A DNA stretch of 59,515 nucleotides, the filler included, from Perkinsus olseni (Eukaryota): assembly GCA_013115125.1 (NCBI GenBank). It is 2 parts of 2 records of this genome, joined end to end, with 100 filler letters (N's around TTAATTAATTAA, not from the genome) between each part and the next. Parts side by side here need not be neighbours in the genome. Positions count along the whole stretch, not along the records: positions 29,872 to 59,515 come from JABANN010000430.1; 1 more part is not named here. One strand, 5' to 3'. The position numbers were made by a program, and so were the translations under genes. Below, piece after piece: positions 39,169 through 51,850 of the stretch (positions are counted from its first letter, which is position 1; each line of letters begins with the position of its first letter). The notes under the pieces are model-generated. The model searched no databases, was not told the DNA's origin, and was given only the letters and a program-made list of their open reading frames with translations.

Positions 39169-40322
39169 TGGGGACAGGTAGAAGCCTACACAAGGGCCCT
39201 AGAGATACCCGAAGGAACATAACCGAAGACTGCGTATCAAGCAAGAGAGCGAAGAGAATGACACATATTGCTGGAGGGAAGCTGAAGAGGGACACTTGCA
39301 CAAACCGCTGCACGAAGATTTGCACGCATGCACCTGGGTGTACTGAGTTCCTCAAGTTACACGTGGGTGGCGCGAGTTACCGCCACAAGCATTCAAACAT
39401 GCGATAACGAAGAGCTATTGAAGAATACTACCTGTTGGAGCGGATGCTCACGACGCCCAGACCGTCTTGGAGACCGTGTGAAGCTTGTTTCAGGTTTTCA
39501 TGACCATCGTACTTTGGACAGACTGGTCGTCTATGAAGGTTTTGGGATCGCATGGTCCGGGCCTTAACAACGAGGCTCACTCGAGTTTCTAGTCCGTTGG
39601 TGGGAGGAGGACGGGGGCCTCAACCCAACCCCCAACCTCTATAATCCTGCGACTGTGTGGGCACACAATCCACCTGTCCCCTAGCGCTAATAGTATTTGT
39701 TCATACTGTATTCATAAAGATCAGGCTCTGCTTGGAAATTCGCGAGTCAGAAAACTGTGTGGAGTCCACGTTCGCGAAGTGCGATACCAGCGATTACTAA
39801 CACAACAGACTTACGCACCTCAAGCTATCGAACTGAACGATGATAACAAAGAGAGATGCTGACTGTCAGTGTCGAAGCTGAAGGTCTCTCGTCAATTGCG
39901 CCAGCATCAGAAACGGCTGCTGAATGTGAATACGACTGATACAGCTTGTCAGTTGAGATTCTCAACTTGGCCCAGTAATCGAGTCCGGCTCAGGAAGAGC
40001 ACGAAGGAAAAAAGAAAATCTAGCGCAAACCGCAGCGCCTACGTATGCGTCCGAGCCGAAGAGCGCCGGAATACGCCATATCAGAGCAGCACGCCTTGCC
40101 TTAAGCGATACACTGAGTAGTGGAAATAACCGTAGCGAACAGGGCCGTTGCTGTTGTGCATGTATAACCCACAGCGCGAAGCGCTGCGTCCAACGACCGC
40201 CTGTCGCTGAACGACAGTGCATGTGCACAAAGCAATGAATACAGGAGCAAATGTTAACTCTGTAGCCAGTCCGAAGCGAACCTTTATGAACGCTACGGGA
40301 AATCGTGACAGATTTGGGCTCC

Positions 40323-42397
40323 CTACAGAGATTCAACCCTGTCCGTAGAAATGATGTAGGCTTCACCAAGAGGCATCTTCTGGCCCCTCAAAGCTTTAGA
40401 GGCAAAACCAGCCCATCGATCGATCGCAGTTTGTCCGAGAGGAACCACCTGAATTCTCGATTATCGCGAGTTCGAGCCAGCGAGAACAATCAGCAGTTCA
40501 AAATAGGGTGCTGCGAACTTAGTAAAAACTCGCTGGGCTTGTCACTTGGGAGACACGATTGTCACAAGGGATGAACCATCCACCGGTGGTGCTCAGATAC
40601 CGGGTAGTCCAAGTTTACGTACATTGTTTGTCAGGGGGCACCTCGAAGATTGTTGCGTTCCAGTGACGGTAGAAAAACCAGACCAGGGAGGGAGTTCAAC
40701 AGAGACATGCAGGCCAAGTTAGTAGGCTACGCTAGTAGCCCTAGCTAGATCAAATGCAGCTCACGAATCACTAGAGGTTACGCAAAGCCCTCACCCGCCG
40801 CCGTTGCCCAACTTACCCTCGAAAATATCGGGAACACGTGGAACATGTTCTCATAGACTTCGAAGCATACACTCCCCTTGGCTTTATCCACAAAACGCGC
40901 GATATCATCGTACAAGGCCTCTACGCTGCCAGCCTGTCACCAGCAATGGGAGGAGCGCGAAGGAGGCAGCTGGACCCTCACCTGTACTAGGATAGGCGCA
41001 TTCCCGAATGCCTCGGGACTGACGTCTCCGTAGACCACCGAGAATAACGGATGCTGAAAGGATAATGTTGATGCTAATGGCAATGAATGACAAGCAGAAA
41101 CTGGGTGAGAAGTAGCCTTACTTTATCCATTCTGTGATCAGGAGCCATCTCTCTCACCCTCACCCACTCCTCATCATCGAACTTGCCGGCCCTCTGGACG
41201 TAGCTATCACTTTCTAAGGGATGATTTACCGTATCCATCCTCTCCCCAGGGTGGGGGGGCCTCCCGTACAGAGGAGTAGCGCAGTGCCACAGCATGACGT
41301 CTGTCACAAAGTCACCGCTGGTGTCGAAAGCCTTACGAGCCGCAGAGGGACCGAAGTCGACGAAAGGATCGAGAGCCAGGCAGCAGGCAGGCTTGGGCAG
41401 GTCCTTGCAGAAGAAGTTGCCAGCAAGGCACTTTAGGAACCCCAGCTCGAGGCCACCGCCCGCCGAGTCACCAGCGACCGCGATACGATCGCTCTTCACG
41501 GGGAAGCGCTCTTGAGTGAGGAGGAATTTATAGCCCTTCACAAGCTCCTCCAGTGGGGTGGGTAGAATCTTCTCGGGTGCAAGGCTGTACTCAATGATGT
41601 ACCCCACCACTACGACGTCCTTCCAACCTTCACCACGCAGCTTAGCCTGCATGGTCTCTATGATGTTCACGACGAGACCCAGATGGCTGATCACACCGTC
41701 GAAAAAACAGTAGCCGCCACCATGGACAAAGTAAAGGACAACAACATTCTTCGGGTCAACCGGACCCTCAGAGCTCCAAACCTGATGGCAGCCACTTACG
41801 CAAAGGACACACGCGATGGTCCGATCGTACCCAGAGACCTTTGTTAACATTCTTAGATGCCGGTATCAGCTCAGTACTCACATGTGGATGGTATAGGCGC
41901 ACCAGAGCCGGGATCCATACCTTGGCAGGAGTGACGAAGGCCGAGCGGCAGGTTCCACTAACCCACCTTCCCAACAGCCTCTATCTCTCTCATCACACTC
42001 GGATAGAGCTCCCCATCAGAGCTCGACTCAACACTGAACTAAATGCCACAGAGGCCATGAAGGAAGAGAGCTAACCTACAAGGACTCATCAAACGCGCTA
42101 CCTCGTCCGGCATCCGAAGGAGCCTTGTAACGCCATTTTCGCCCACGATAGTCTCGCCGGTGAAGGCCATCAGCGCCAGCTTCAACGAGATGTTTCATCA
42201 TGAGATACCACGCCCTCAGACCCGCTCTCCAAAAGGCCCTGAAGGCAGCCCAGTGCACAGGCAGCCTGCCTGAGGTAGGCCCTAACTCCTAGGATAATGC
42301 CAGACCGCTACCTGAATATATCCGTCCCCTCTGGCGTGGGGAATGGTATCGTGCGCAGCCACGCCTCCAGCAAAATACGCAGTCCTCTCAGCGACAT
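40323..42397 (-). pseudogene. HSL-family esterase/lipase paralog C with a frameshifting deletion near the 5' end
   Basis: HGGGY, GDSAG and MFHVFP intact, but at 42179/42180 exon 2 (..KHLVE-g) is fused out of frame to exon 3 (LALMAFTGET..); the intron and ~11 exon bases present in A and B are missing. Confidence 0.7.
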
Positions 42398-42793
42398 TAA
42401 GAACAGGTGGAAGCCTGGAACTCCGGAACATGATGACCATACGAGCGACCAATAGGAAGCGACGTGTGACGCAGTTGAGGAGAAGAAGCACGAGCGTGAC
42501 AGAGTCAGAAGTTCAAGACCTACATAAACTCGCAAGAACCATTCGACTGAACCGCGCAACATCGAGGAAACAAATGGTAGAAACCAGAGCTGTCGTGCGA
42601 TATAGAACGCTCCCGCTCAGTGCGGGAAACGGTCGATCAAGCGCTACGGGTGAATAAACACCACCTTGGGAGTCCACGTCCCTTGAAAAAGTCATCGGGG
42701 CGAGACCTGACATGGCCTTCTATACACATCAAGAAGCGGAATTTGGACCTCCTGCGTGTTGTTGTTGTCGACGGACAACTCAAATACAAGACT

Positions 42794-44683
42794 CTATTCT
42801 TGTTCATACGTACCGACCCACTCCGCCGAGCGACCCGTTAAGTCTATGCTCAACGATCGGCCCGACGGCCAATACCCTTCAGAGTACGAACGACCAATTG
42901 GAAGCTTCTGGGGAGTTCGAATTGCATCAGCCACAAAGCGGGCCATGCGGCGCAGGGCAAGTTGCGACTGTGGAAGACTCTGAGGGACACAAGACTTAGC
43001 GTTAACACGCTTGCATGTTCCCTACCGAATACTGCTGAAAGCTGTGGAACATGTTTTCGTACAACTCCAACATGACTGTCCCTTGAGTAGCTTCAGCGAA
43101 GGCAGCTATATCCTCGGCTAAACCTTCAGACCCTCCCGCCTGACACTTCCCACGTACGACCAACACGAATGATGCACAGCAGCTCACCTGCACGAGTATC
43201 GGGACGTTGCCGAATGCTGCTGGAGTGAGCTCTCCGCACATGCACGAAAACAACGGGTTCTGCACAAGGAACTGATCAGCTTAGATAATCAATTCCCTCA
43301 CCTCTTCAGGCTTGCCCGACGGAGACAGCTGCCGTGCACGCCTCCATTCCTCATCCTCAAACATGCCGCTTCTACGAACGTGGTCTTCGCTCTCGTCTGG
43401 CCTGTCTTGAAGGTTCATCCGTTCTCTCGGTTTCGATGGTCTCCCATAAAGGGCGCAGCTCGCCATGTACCACCCAGCCGCGTTCGAGACCACATCCCTT
43501 GTCATATCAAGTGACCGTCGCGCTAGCCTTCCCCGCAGGCTCACGACCGGCGATATCGCAACACAGCAGCCCGGACGAGGCAAATTGACCGCGAAGTAGT
43601 TTGACGCGAGACACTTGAGCAGCGACAGCGAGAGAGTGCCTCCAGAAGAATCGCCGGACACGACCACGCGGTTAGCCTCTACTGGGTATCTGTCCTGCGT
43701 GAGGATGTATCGGTAGGCCTGGACGACCTCCTGGAGCTGCGTGGGCAGGATAGCCTCCGGCGCCCGAGTGTAGTTAACAATGAGGGCGACTACTTTCACC
43801 CCCGTCATGCCGTTCTCCCTCAGCTCCTTCTGTAAAGTGTCAATAATTCTGGCGACGAATAGTCGATGTGACGAGACCCCGTCAAAGAAGCACATGTAGC
43901 CACCGTGGATGTAATAGAGAACCACATACTGACTCACAGGCACCTCGTAGCGCTCCCTTATCATGACCTGACCGAGCAACAAATCATCAATACTCACAAT
44001 GACAGAGAAAGCCAGCATTCGCTCGACGAGGGCGATAGAGGTGATTTACCCAGAGCCTCTCAGGCATATCTCCCGTCCGCGGCAATCTCTTCGTCTTCAA
44101 TCCAGGGAATGCAGCACTGGCCAGTATAGGGTCATGCGCCTGACGAATGACAAGAAAGTTGAACCCACAGGACAGAGGGCTTGCTCCTGCCTCTCTTAGC
44201 GCCTCTTTCACTCGCAGGTAGCTACCGATCAGTCTCGAGCTCCTGCTCCACTCGACGTCGAACTGAAGGAGGGCAGGCCTAACGAAGCCGGCAAACGGCA
44301 GCAGCAGCAGCCGCCCACGGTCTCCGGAGGACGGTCAAACAGCACTATTCGCTCCTCGGGGCGGAGACGGCGACCACTGAGCTTGAACCATAGCAACTGA
44401 GAAGACTCGAGAGTTCCGAGGTAAAATTTCTCTCCGCGCCATGATTGCATACGGCTCCAGCAAGGAGACCAAGAGAGGCGGCCCACCTTGAAGCCTATCC
44501 GAATCCACTTGAGACAGACGTAGAACCACACCCAGATATTGGTGCTTATAATAACTCTGAGAAGGGGGTCCCACCACCATAGACGGGAAGGCGATACCTC
44601 CAGAGATTTGTCCCTTGGGGGGACCAGAATGGCGTAGATCGCTGCAACAGCTTCGCCCACAGGAGGAATTTCCGCGAAGGCAT
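42794..44683 (-). CDS. HSL-family esterase/lipase paralog D (divergent)
   Basis: MPSRKFLLWAKLLQRSTPFWSPQGT matches the family N-terminus; YIHGGYM, SGDSSG, AGGSEGLAED, MFHSF. Confidence 0.82.
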
Positions 44684-45111
44684 GCAGGCGGTGACACTGA
44701 GCCTCCTTTTAACGGACCTCCAAAGGCTGACAACACGAATCTCGACGACTCAACAGAGGTGTTCAGTGGATTAATTCTGAAATCCAGAATCGATCCTGGG
44801 ACCGAATTTCACGGGTGAAAAGAAGACCACAGAATCTGAGTCTCAGATGGGGGAGACGAGCGGCTCGCATCGCCATGGACAGTGGGCGTTGGTATCAGGA
44901 GGGGGCAATTCACAGACGCCGTCGCACTCGACCTTAGCTGTCCCAACGCCCACTACTGTCGAGCAACCGAGCACGGCGAGGTTTGAGAACTATTTGAATG
45001 AACGGGGGGGAAGGTTGGATCGACAGACACCTCCGAACGCAATCCGAGTCGCTGAAACGGGAGACGAAGCTCATGATGATAACTGGTGAAAATCAGGAGA
45101 AACCTAACTCC

Positions 45112-45756
45112 CTACGGCGTTGTTGCTGGCTCATCGAACCTAACTGGGCAGAGCCTTATCATCAGATAGAGGTTATAGCATGAAAATGATACATACCCAA
45201 GCCACAGCAAACTCTCTACAATGACGGCGAACCACCAGTAGCCTCTCACCGAATAGGTGAGGCTCTTCAAGAAGCCGTTAATGGCACCACCGCCGGCCAG
45301 CATGAAGTACAGCCCAATGATGATCATGATGACCGAGGCAATCTTGTAGTAAAGGAGGTGCCTTTTCGAGCGCATTGCCAGGCCTAGGTATCCGAGGTAG
45401 AAGACGACAAATGATGCCGAGCCGAAGATGATCAGGTTGAGGAAAGTGTACAGCAGAGTGACCCACGGGGAGCGATACGCCAGTATGACGATGATGGTGT
45501 CCACAATGTTGAGGAGAAGCACTGCCACGGCCAACAGGTAGTTGGCATGCAGCAAGTTGCATCTGTGAGCCACGTTGATGGGCAGGTCATCGTGCGGCTT
45601 GTAGTGGAAGAGCTTGGTCCCCTTGGGGTAGTTCAGGTCAGACCAGTCGGGCCCCTGCGTTGGCGGACCCGTGACGTTGAACGAGAATTGAGGGTTGCGG
45701 TTCTCCGGCGGCAACACTCTTGGTGCCCCGGGGGATGAATCGACAGGACTGTTCAT
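45112..45756 (-). CDS. SCAMP-like four-TM membrane-trafficking protein, intronless, 214 aa
   Basis: Pro-rich N-terminus; NYPKGTKLFHYKPHDDLP resembles SCAMP NWPP..I.H....EIP, followed by four hydrophobic segments. Confidence 0.6.
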   Translation of the reverse strand: MNSPVDSSPGAPRVLPPENRNPQFSFNVTGPPTQGPDWSDLNYPKGTKLFHYKPHDDLPINVAHRCNLLHANYLLAVAVLLLNIVDTIIVILAYRSPWVTLLYTFLNLIIFGSASFVVFYLGYLGLAMRSKRHLLYYKIASVIMIIIGLYFMLAGGGAINGFLKSLTYSVRGYWWFAVIVESLLWLGYVSFSCYNLYLMIRLCPVRFDEPATTP

Positions 45757-45911
45757 CTCGGATGATATCCTGAATCGGAATACACCACCGTCGCCAAACA
45801 AACGCAACAACCAAGCGGCCACCAAAATAGCGAATCCTGATTGAAATACTTATATGGCAAGAAATACGTCATGCGATGACTCAGCTCTTTATGACGGTGA
45901 ATGTCTTATCC

Positions 45912-48145
45912 TCAGAAGAGCCGACCTGAGAAAGCAAGCTTTAGCCTGAAAAACACGATGCTGATGCTGACCTTAACATTGGGGATCACACTGTTATTCT
46001 CCTGGGTGCAATCAGGAGTACTGCTGTGCTTTCGTAGATGATAACGACAAAGATTCTCGCCAATCTCCGGGCTGTTGATGATCCTGTGGCAGCCGTGAGG
46101 TACACTACCAGCGGCCTGAGCAGTGCGAAACGACCCTCGCTGCGTGCAGGGGGCTCCTATCACGCCGCCCATCACCACTCATGCGCTGCCCCTCACCTTG
46201 AGAGCTTGTAACGTTTGACTATGCTCCTCCACTTCTCCGTCGCTAACCGAACTATCAGACCCCGAAGCGAGGTGGGCACCTCTGGGGGCCGACACATCGG
46301 ACATCACCCCGATGCCTGTAGCAAATGCTCATGACCACAATGGCCGAGCTCAGCACCTACCCAAATCAGTGCTCTTCCAGGCGGATATCCTCCGCTTTTG
46401 CATCGCTCCGTCTTTTTCCACCACCGATACCGTCGAGGAGACCATCGGGCTCTCCGCGGGCGAGACCGTCACCCCTTTCAGTGATAGACATATGCGCTTC
46501 GCCAAGAACTTGGACATCCGATTAACCGCGACCATACCCGATGGCAGCAACTGACAGAAGCAGCACCTCCTCCTCACCGAGACCCTGCCGCCGCTCACCC
46601 AAGCAAACAGCGGGAAGATGTGGAACATGTCAGTATAAACCTCGATGGACAGCTTCGACAGGCCGTAGACTTTCGCTCTTCGTGCCAAGGCCAGGGTGTC
46701 AACCAGTAAGCCTTCACTATCCCCGGCCTAAAGGCACAGCCCCTCATCGGGGTGGACAGTACCAGCGCTCACTTGAATGATGATGGGGACGTCCTTCAGA
46801 GGGGTGAGGTCAGCATGTAGCGGGGATGCCAGCGGATTCTGAAATTGATATCTACAGACGATAGACAATCAACGACAAACCACACCATCGCAACATCAGT
46901 CGTCAAAGATCTCGCTCGCCGCCAGGCCTTTGGATCGCTCGCGGCCGGTGGGCATTCAGAATCCTCATTCTCGCTGTCACCAAATAAGTAGAGATCCGCG
47001 CACATCCATATGCAAGCCTCAGTCAAGTAGCATATCCTACTCTGATAGGCCTACAAAAAGGGGGAGACACATCGCACAAAGAGCATACCCACGATATCCC
47101 ACCTTGTTGTCGATGGCCCTCCGCAGGTCCAAGAATGGACTACACACGCCGATCGCCCCCGGCAACGGCATGGGCTTCCCCTCAGGCGTAAGATGCCCCA
47201 TCGACAGTGCCAGCGTCATGGAAATAGACAGCCCACCTCCAGCAGAGTCGCCACACACTGCGATCTCCTTACTCGACGCCACAGGATACCGACTGTTGTC
47301 ACTCAGCAGGTACGTGTAGCCCTTGACAGCATCCTCAACGGCCGCTGGGAATACGTACTGAGGTGCCTTCCGGTAGTCTATTATGAAGCCGATGACGCGA
47401 GGGGCGACGTTGACGCCCAGCATGTCGTCGAACTCCTGCTGGGTCTTCATCACCAGCCGAGCGCAGTACTCGAGGTGGGAGTGCACTCCGTCAAGGAAAA
47501 TATAGCCGCCACCGTGGAGGAAATACAAGACGACGATAGATTGCGAGATGCGCGAGCCTCCCATCGACCATCTCTCCACCGGCCCTGTATGAACCCACAC
47601 AGCCGGTATGGACCCCACCCTATCCTCCTCGGTTCGAATCCCGGGCAGGGCGATTCTCGCGTACAAAGGGAAGAAGAACGACAGCCATGTGTCATCCACC
47701 TTAGACACCGTCGCGTAGATGAGACTGCTCTCGGACTCCAGCATTTCATGCGGTCTCATCATCTCCAGGGCCAGCTCCACAGTCAGCGGCAGCTTCGGCG
47801 ATTTCCGTCTACGCAAGATCACCGTGCCGATGACAAAACGTACGATCCTGGCAACATAGTGGCTGAGGAGACGGACCCTTGCGGACCAGGGCAGCTTCAT
47901 GTCCTGCAGAGTGAGCCTGAGCGCAGGAGAGAATTGCGGGGAAGGACACAGACGGCCGCCTACCTCAGGGCGTTCACCGATCTGTACAGAACGAGACACG
48001 TCATTTTAATGTGGTTTTTGGCCGCGTACAGAACCAACAGGCGGAGGAGAATGATCTCCTTCTTCCGGCCGATGAGGATGGCTCTCATCACAGTTTTGAG
48101 CAGCCCTCGCACAGCTCCTGTCCGCTGCTGCACTTCGGACGCCAT
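45912..48145 (-). CDS. HSL-family esterase/lipase paralog F (most divergent, C-terminal extension)
   Basis: FLHGGGYIF, DYRKAPQYVFPAAVEDA, CGDSAGGGL, SPFLDL, VGDSEGLL, MFHIFP; 3' exons approximate. Confidence 0.88.
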
Positions 48146-48256
48146 TGAGTTAACACAAATGCTGGAAAATCAGGGAACCCAATTTAAACAGCCCCGACGT
48201 TGACCCCGGACCTGGATAAACCCAAAACCGGCCCACTCCACTGAGACCATCCCTGT

Positions 48257-50510
48257 TCATGCCCCCTGAGACACCCTATCGGCAAGCCTATAGTGCACTA
48301 TGGACGGCAGGGATTCCTCGAGCTTCCTCGCCTCGCCCGGCTTCATGTCCTAACACACAAGGCGCTCAGCGACCATCGCTTGGGTCCCTTCATCGCACTC
48401 GCCATCTTCGGTACCTCAGTGCTGTTAGGAGCCTTCATAGCTACCGTCACGGGCTCCAACTCTACACGACCGCAAGCCTCCTCCACCTTCCTTCGGTACA
48501 CCAGCTTCTGCTTACCAGACAGATGAACCTACGGCCCGGTTCCGAGGGAAACACCGTCGGCCGGCTCCATCCTCACTTGATGCCTGAAGGTCTCAACAGA
48601 GAGTCTACTGTCACCAGACAGCACGAGGGCCTCGGCAAGAGCCTTCCCGGACTCCTCCTCAATCAGTCTGGTCGCTGAGAGGCGACCTACGAGCTGGGAA
48701 GCTGAGCTGATAGCCACCATGAAAGGCAGTCTCATGCAGTGTCTCAGCAAGGGACTCACCCACGAAAATTCTGTCGAAAAACCGCTTGTACTTGTACTTC
48801 GGGAGTGTATCGGTCGTCAGGTCGCCGAGTAAGAAGTGTACGCGTACCTGCCCAAGCCGCGACAACCACCTGCATGAACAGCCGAGGCGTTTACGCTCTC
48901 GAATCCCGCTGGCAGCGATCGCCCTCTGCCGCCTTTGCCGCTGTCAGCCTCACTGTCCTCCTCATCTACTTCCTCTATCGTACACCTAACCCTCTCCAGC
49001 GGACTCTTGTACCTGCCCCTCGCTTCACGGCCGGTAGAAGCACGAAACCTTCGGATCGACAGCAGTGGAAGGGACCTCACGGATAGGAATCCTCCTCTTT
49101 AGATTTCGGGGGCAGCGTCTTAACCTGTCGCGTGGCAATTTCCGTCAGCATACAGGCGAGATTAAAGTCCGCGATCTCGTGGCTGCTGTGGACATGCTGC
49201 TCATTCGAAATCTAAGCCTGGAGTAGTCCAGAAGTTCACCATGTTGGCCGCAACAATTACCTTGAACAGACGCTCCTGATCACACTTATTGTATGCCTCA
49301 GCACCGAAGCAGGGGAAGGGAGAGTTGATGATGTCTCCCCAGAAGCCTCGAACCTGCCAGACCACAGAGCTTGTCTGCACGGCTCCTGCTGCAGGTGGCT
49401 GACGGTACACACCTGCACACTAGTCCCCCGTGAACGGCAGCGGCCATCCACATAGCTGGCCATGGTCCGATTGGGCTCATCGTACGTTCCAAGCCGTGTC
49501 TCATAGCATACGCCCGTCATTCCAAAGGACTTGTACTCCTGCCATGCGACAACAGCTGCCCGGCACGCTTGACGGAGACGGCGCCACCTGCCAGTGCACC
49601 GCGGGAGCCACTGGTTTGATGCCGTTGTGATAGTCCCAATCCAGCAGGTTCTTCCTGTGGTCGTAGCGAGTTTTGTAGTATCCTCTCAGGCGCTGGTCCC
49701 TCAGATTTCTCGCGTCAAACTCCACAGACTCTCGCCAAAACCCTGACAGAAGCAGCCAGTCCGCGGTGTAACAAAAGCCGGGTTACCAATGGCCTCGTGA
49801 ACGGCATCTCTATCCCTGAACTTGAGTGTCGAGAAGTCCACAAGCTTGCTCAGGCCTGGAGGCAACACCGTCAGATCGACAATCCGCCATCAAAACACAT
49901 CCCACCAGCGAGAGATCGGTCGTCCTCTGTGTCACCGCTCACGAGGGCCTGCAGTCGACCAACTTGCTCGGACAGGTAACGAGCGTCCTTCTTTCGAACC
50001 TTGCCGAGCATAGGGAGCCGCTGGCTGCGGTTTCGGCACCCACCAGTGCGTTTGCGTATAGTGACAGAAAAAGTTCACAGCGCTCTCGGATTGTAAGCTT
50101 CGGGTTCGTGACAAGATCCAAGAAGAAGATATGTCGTGCAATGGTTTCGGCAGAGGACTCATGCACCTATCACGCGACCGTAGACGTCTCCCGTCCAACG
50201 GTTTAGAGCTCACGTAGAAGTGCAGGGGCGGTTCGTCCACGTGCCGCCTAGCCACAGTCTTCAGTATATGCCTGATGTCACCAGCCCCCGTCATTAGAAT
50301 ATTCACCGGCAGCCCCGACGGCCGCTCTATGATAAAGACGATCACCAAAAGCGTCCTGCAGCGGAGGCTACCACCGGGCTCTCCGAATGGCTCGTTGAGG
50401 AGGTCACAGGCGAAACTGTTGCCCCAAAACTGTGTGAAGCCCATCGCTTCGCTGACTTCCCCAACATGAAGGGACGACGGAGCGGACGCCAGTGAGAAGG
50501 GGACCGACAT
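48257..50510 (-). CDS. DNAAF3: Dynein axonemal assembly factor 3 (PF22), multi-exon
   Basis: GFTQFWGNS, ILMTGAGDIRHILKT, ETIARH..ER.ELFLSLYAN, DQRLRGYYKTRYDHRKNLLDWDYH, PNRTMAS, RGFWGDIINSPF. Confidence 0.9.
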
Positions 50511-50640
50511 CTCAGAAGGAGGGATCTCACTAGCACGCCCACAACTTCGCCCAATGTAGCCAGACACTGGTGATGAACCAAAGGGATGGAGTGACTACAA
50601 AAATGATCACCACACACCGCTGCGTTAACGATTAATCTCG

Positions 50641-51635
50641 CTATTTATTGGCAGCGTCGAAGCCCCAGGCCACACAGCGTTCTTCTGACGACAGGAAATC
50701 CCAATGAACTTCCTCCGTCAACCGGACCCACCCATTTCGTTGAACCGCTGCATTCCACAGTGCAAATAGGTTATCGGTCGGAGCACTTTGATGTACTCCA
50801 ACGTCTCATCACTCGGAAGGCCAAGCCGACGCAGCAGACCATAAACGCACATCCCTGTCCTGTGTACTCCCGCCGCACTAGACAGGAGCATGGCTCAGTC
50901 TCCGAGGCGACGGGGCTCACCAGTGGATGAGGATGCTCCTCCCAGCTCGCAGTAGTTCAATAAGGGAATCAAAGAGCGCCACAAGCCGCTCGTGGCCGGC
51001 GCTGTTCCCCGAGTGGCGGTGGTAGCAAGCCCAGAAATCCACCTGTACCCACTCCATCCCGAGGGCAGAGCAGCTCCTGAGCGGCAATCATGGCGAATAA
51101 CAGTCGAGGGTAGGCCAGACGCCCTCACTTGGGAATCATCTCCATCTGCCGCTGTTCGTTGACGCCTTGCAGGGTGACCACAACATCACATCTCTCGACC
51201 TCACGGGAATACACCAACTGCTGCTTCGAAGGAAAGTGCCACAGGCACAGTCGACCTAGCAGTGGGATGCTCAATGCGTTCTCCGCGGAATGTTGTTGAC
51301 CGTCACGTGCATTTCGCCGAGTGAGTTCACTTCATATCACATCGCCATTTTCGTCTTTTCCACCGCGCGAAAAAATACACTATACGAAAATGTACACTCC
51401 ACGCTTTATGGGGAGACCCCACTGAACAACGGCATGGGACGATATTGTTCATCAGCACTCCCCGCACCGACAGTCATAGAAGGGAGTGCAGGGATGATAT
51501 GAAATTGCTTCAAGGCGAGTCGGAGTAGTTCACAGCTCGGAGGGTCCACAACCGACCTGGCAAGCCCTTAGGTGCCGGTACGAACCGTGGGTTCTTCTCT
51601 GCTAGAAACGCCGCTCGGCCGGTGTCGCCAGTCAT
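50641..51635 (-). CDS. Small cysteine-based (dual-specificity/PTP-like) phosphatase, 5 exons; not visible in the ORF track
   Basis: Spliced product MTGDTGRAAF..PGRLCLWHFPSK..DVVVTLQG..LGMEWVQVDFW..LRAGRSILIHC|AAGVHRTGMCVYGLL..IKVLRP contains the HCxxGxxR P-loop; all junctions GT-AG. Confidence 0.85.
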
Positions 51636-51850
51636 AGTCGCCGCCCGACAGAACTCTCAAAAACTGTGTTTCCGAACGGTCTTGCATCCAACCGGGAGAC
51701 TGTCGAAAAACAGAGGGATCTTCGAACGTTGATCATACAACCCCCCACCCAACGCGACTAAGACGAAATATGCGACGCTCTACCACAACACCCCGATCCG
51801 CTACTCCCCTTATTAACCCAGACTAACTCAAGACAGCCTCCTGATGGACG

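Noticed and set aside
47625-47652. GGTTCGAATCCCGGG B-box/tRNA-like motif
   Set aside because: Lies antisense within esterase F coding sequence (LPGIRTEE); no D-arm or acceptor stem
47193-48203. 336-aa plus-strand ORF
   Set aside because: Antisense shadow of esterase F; no motifs, biased composition
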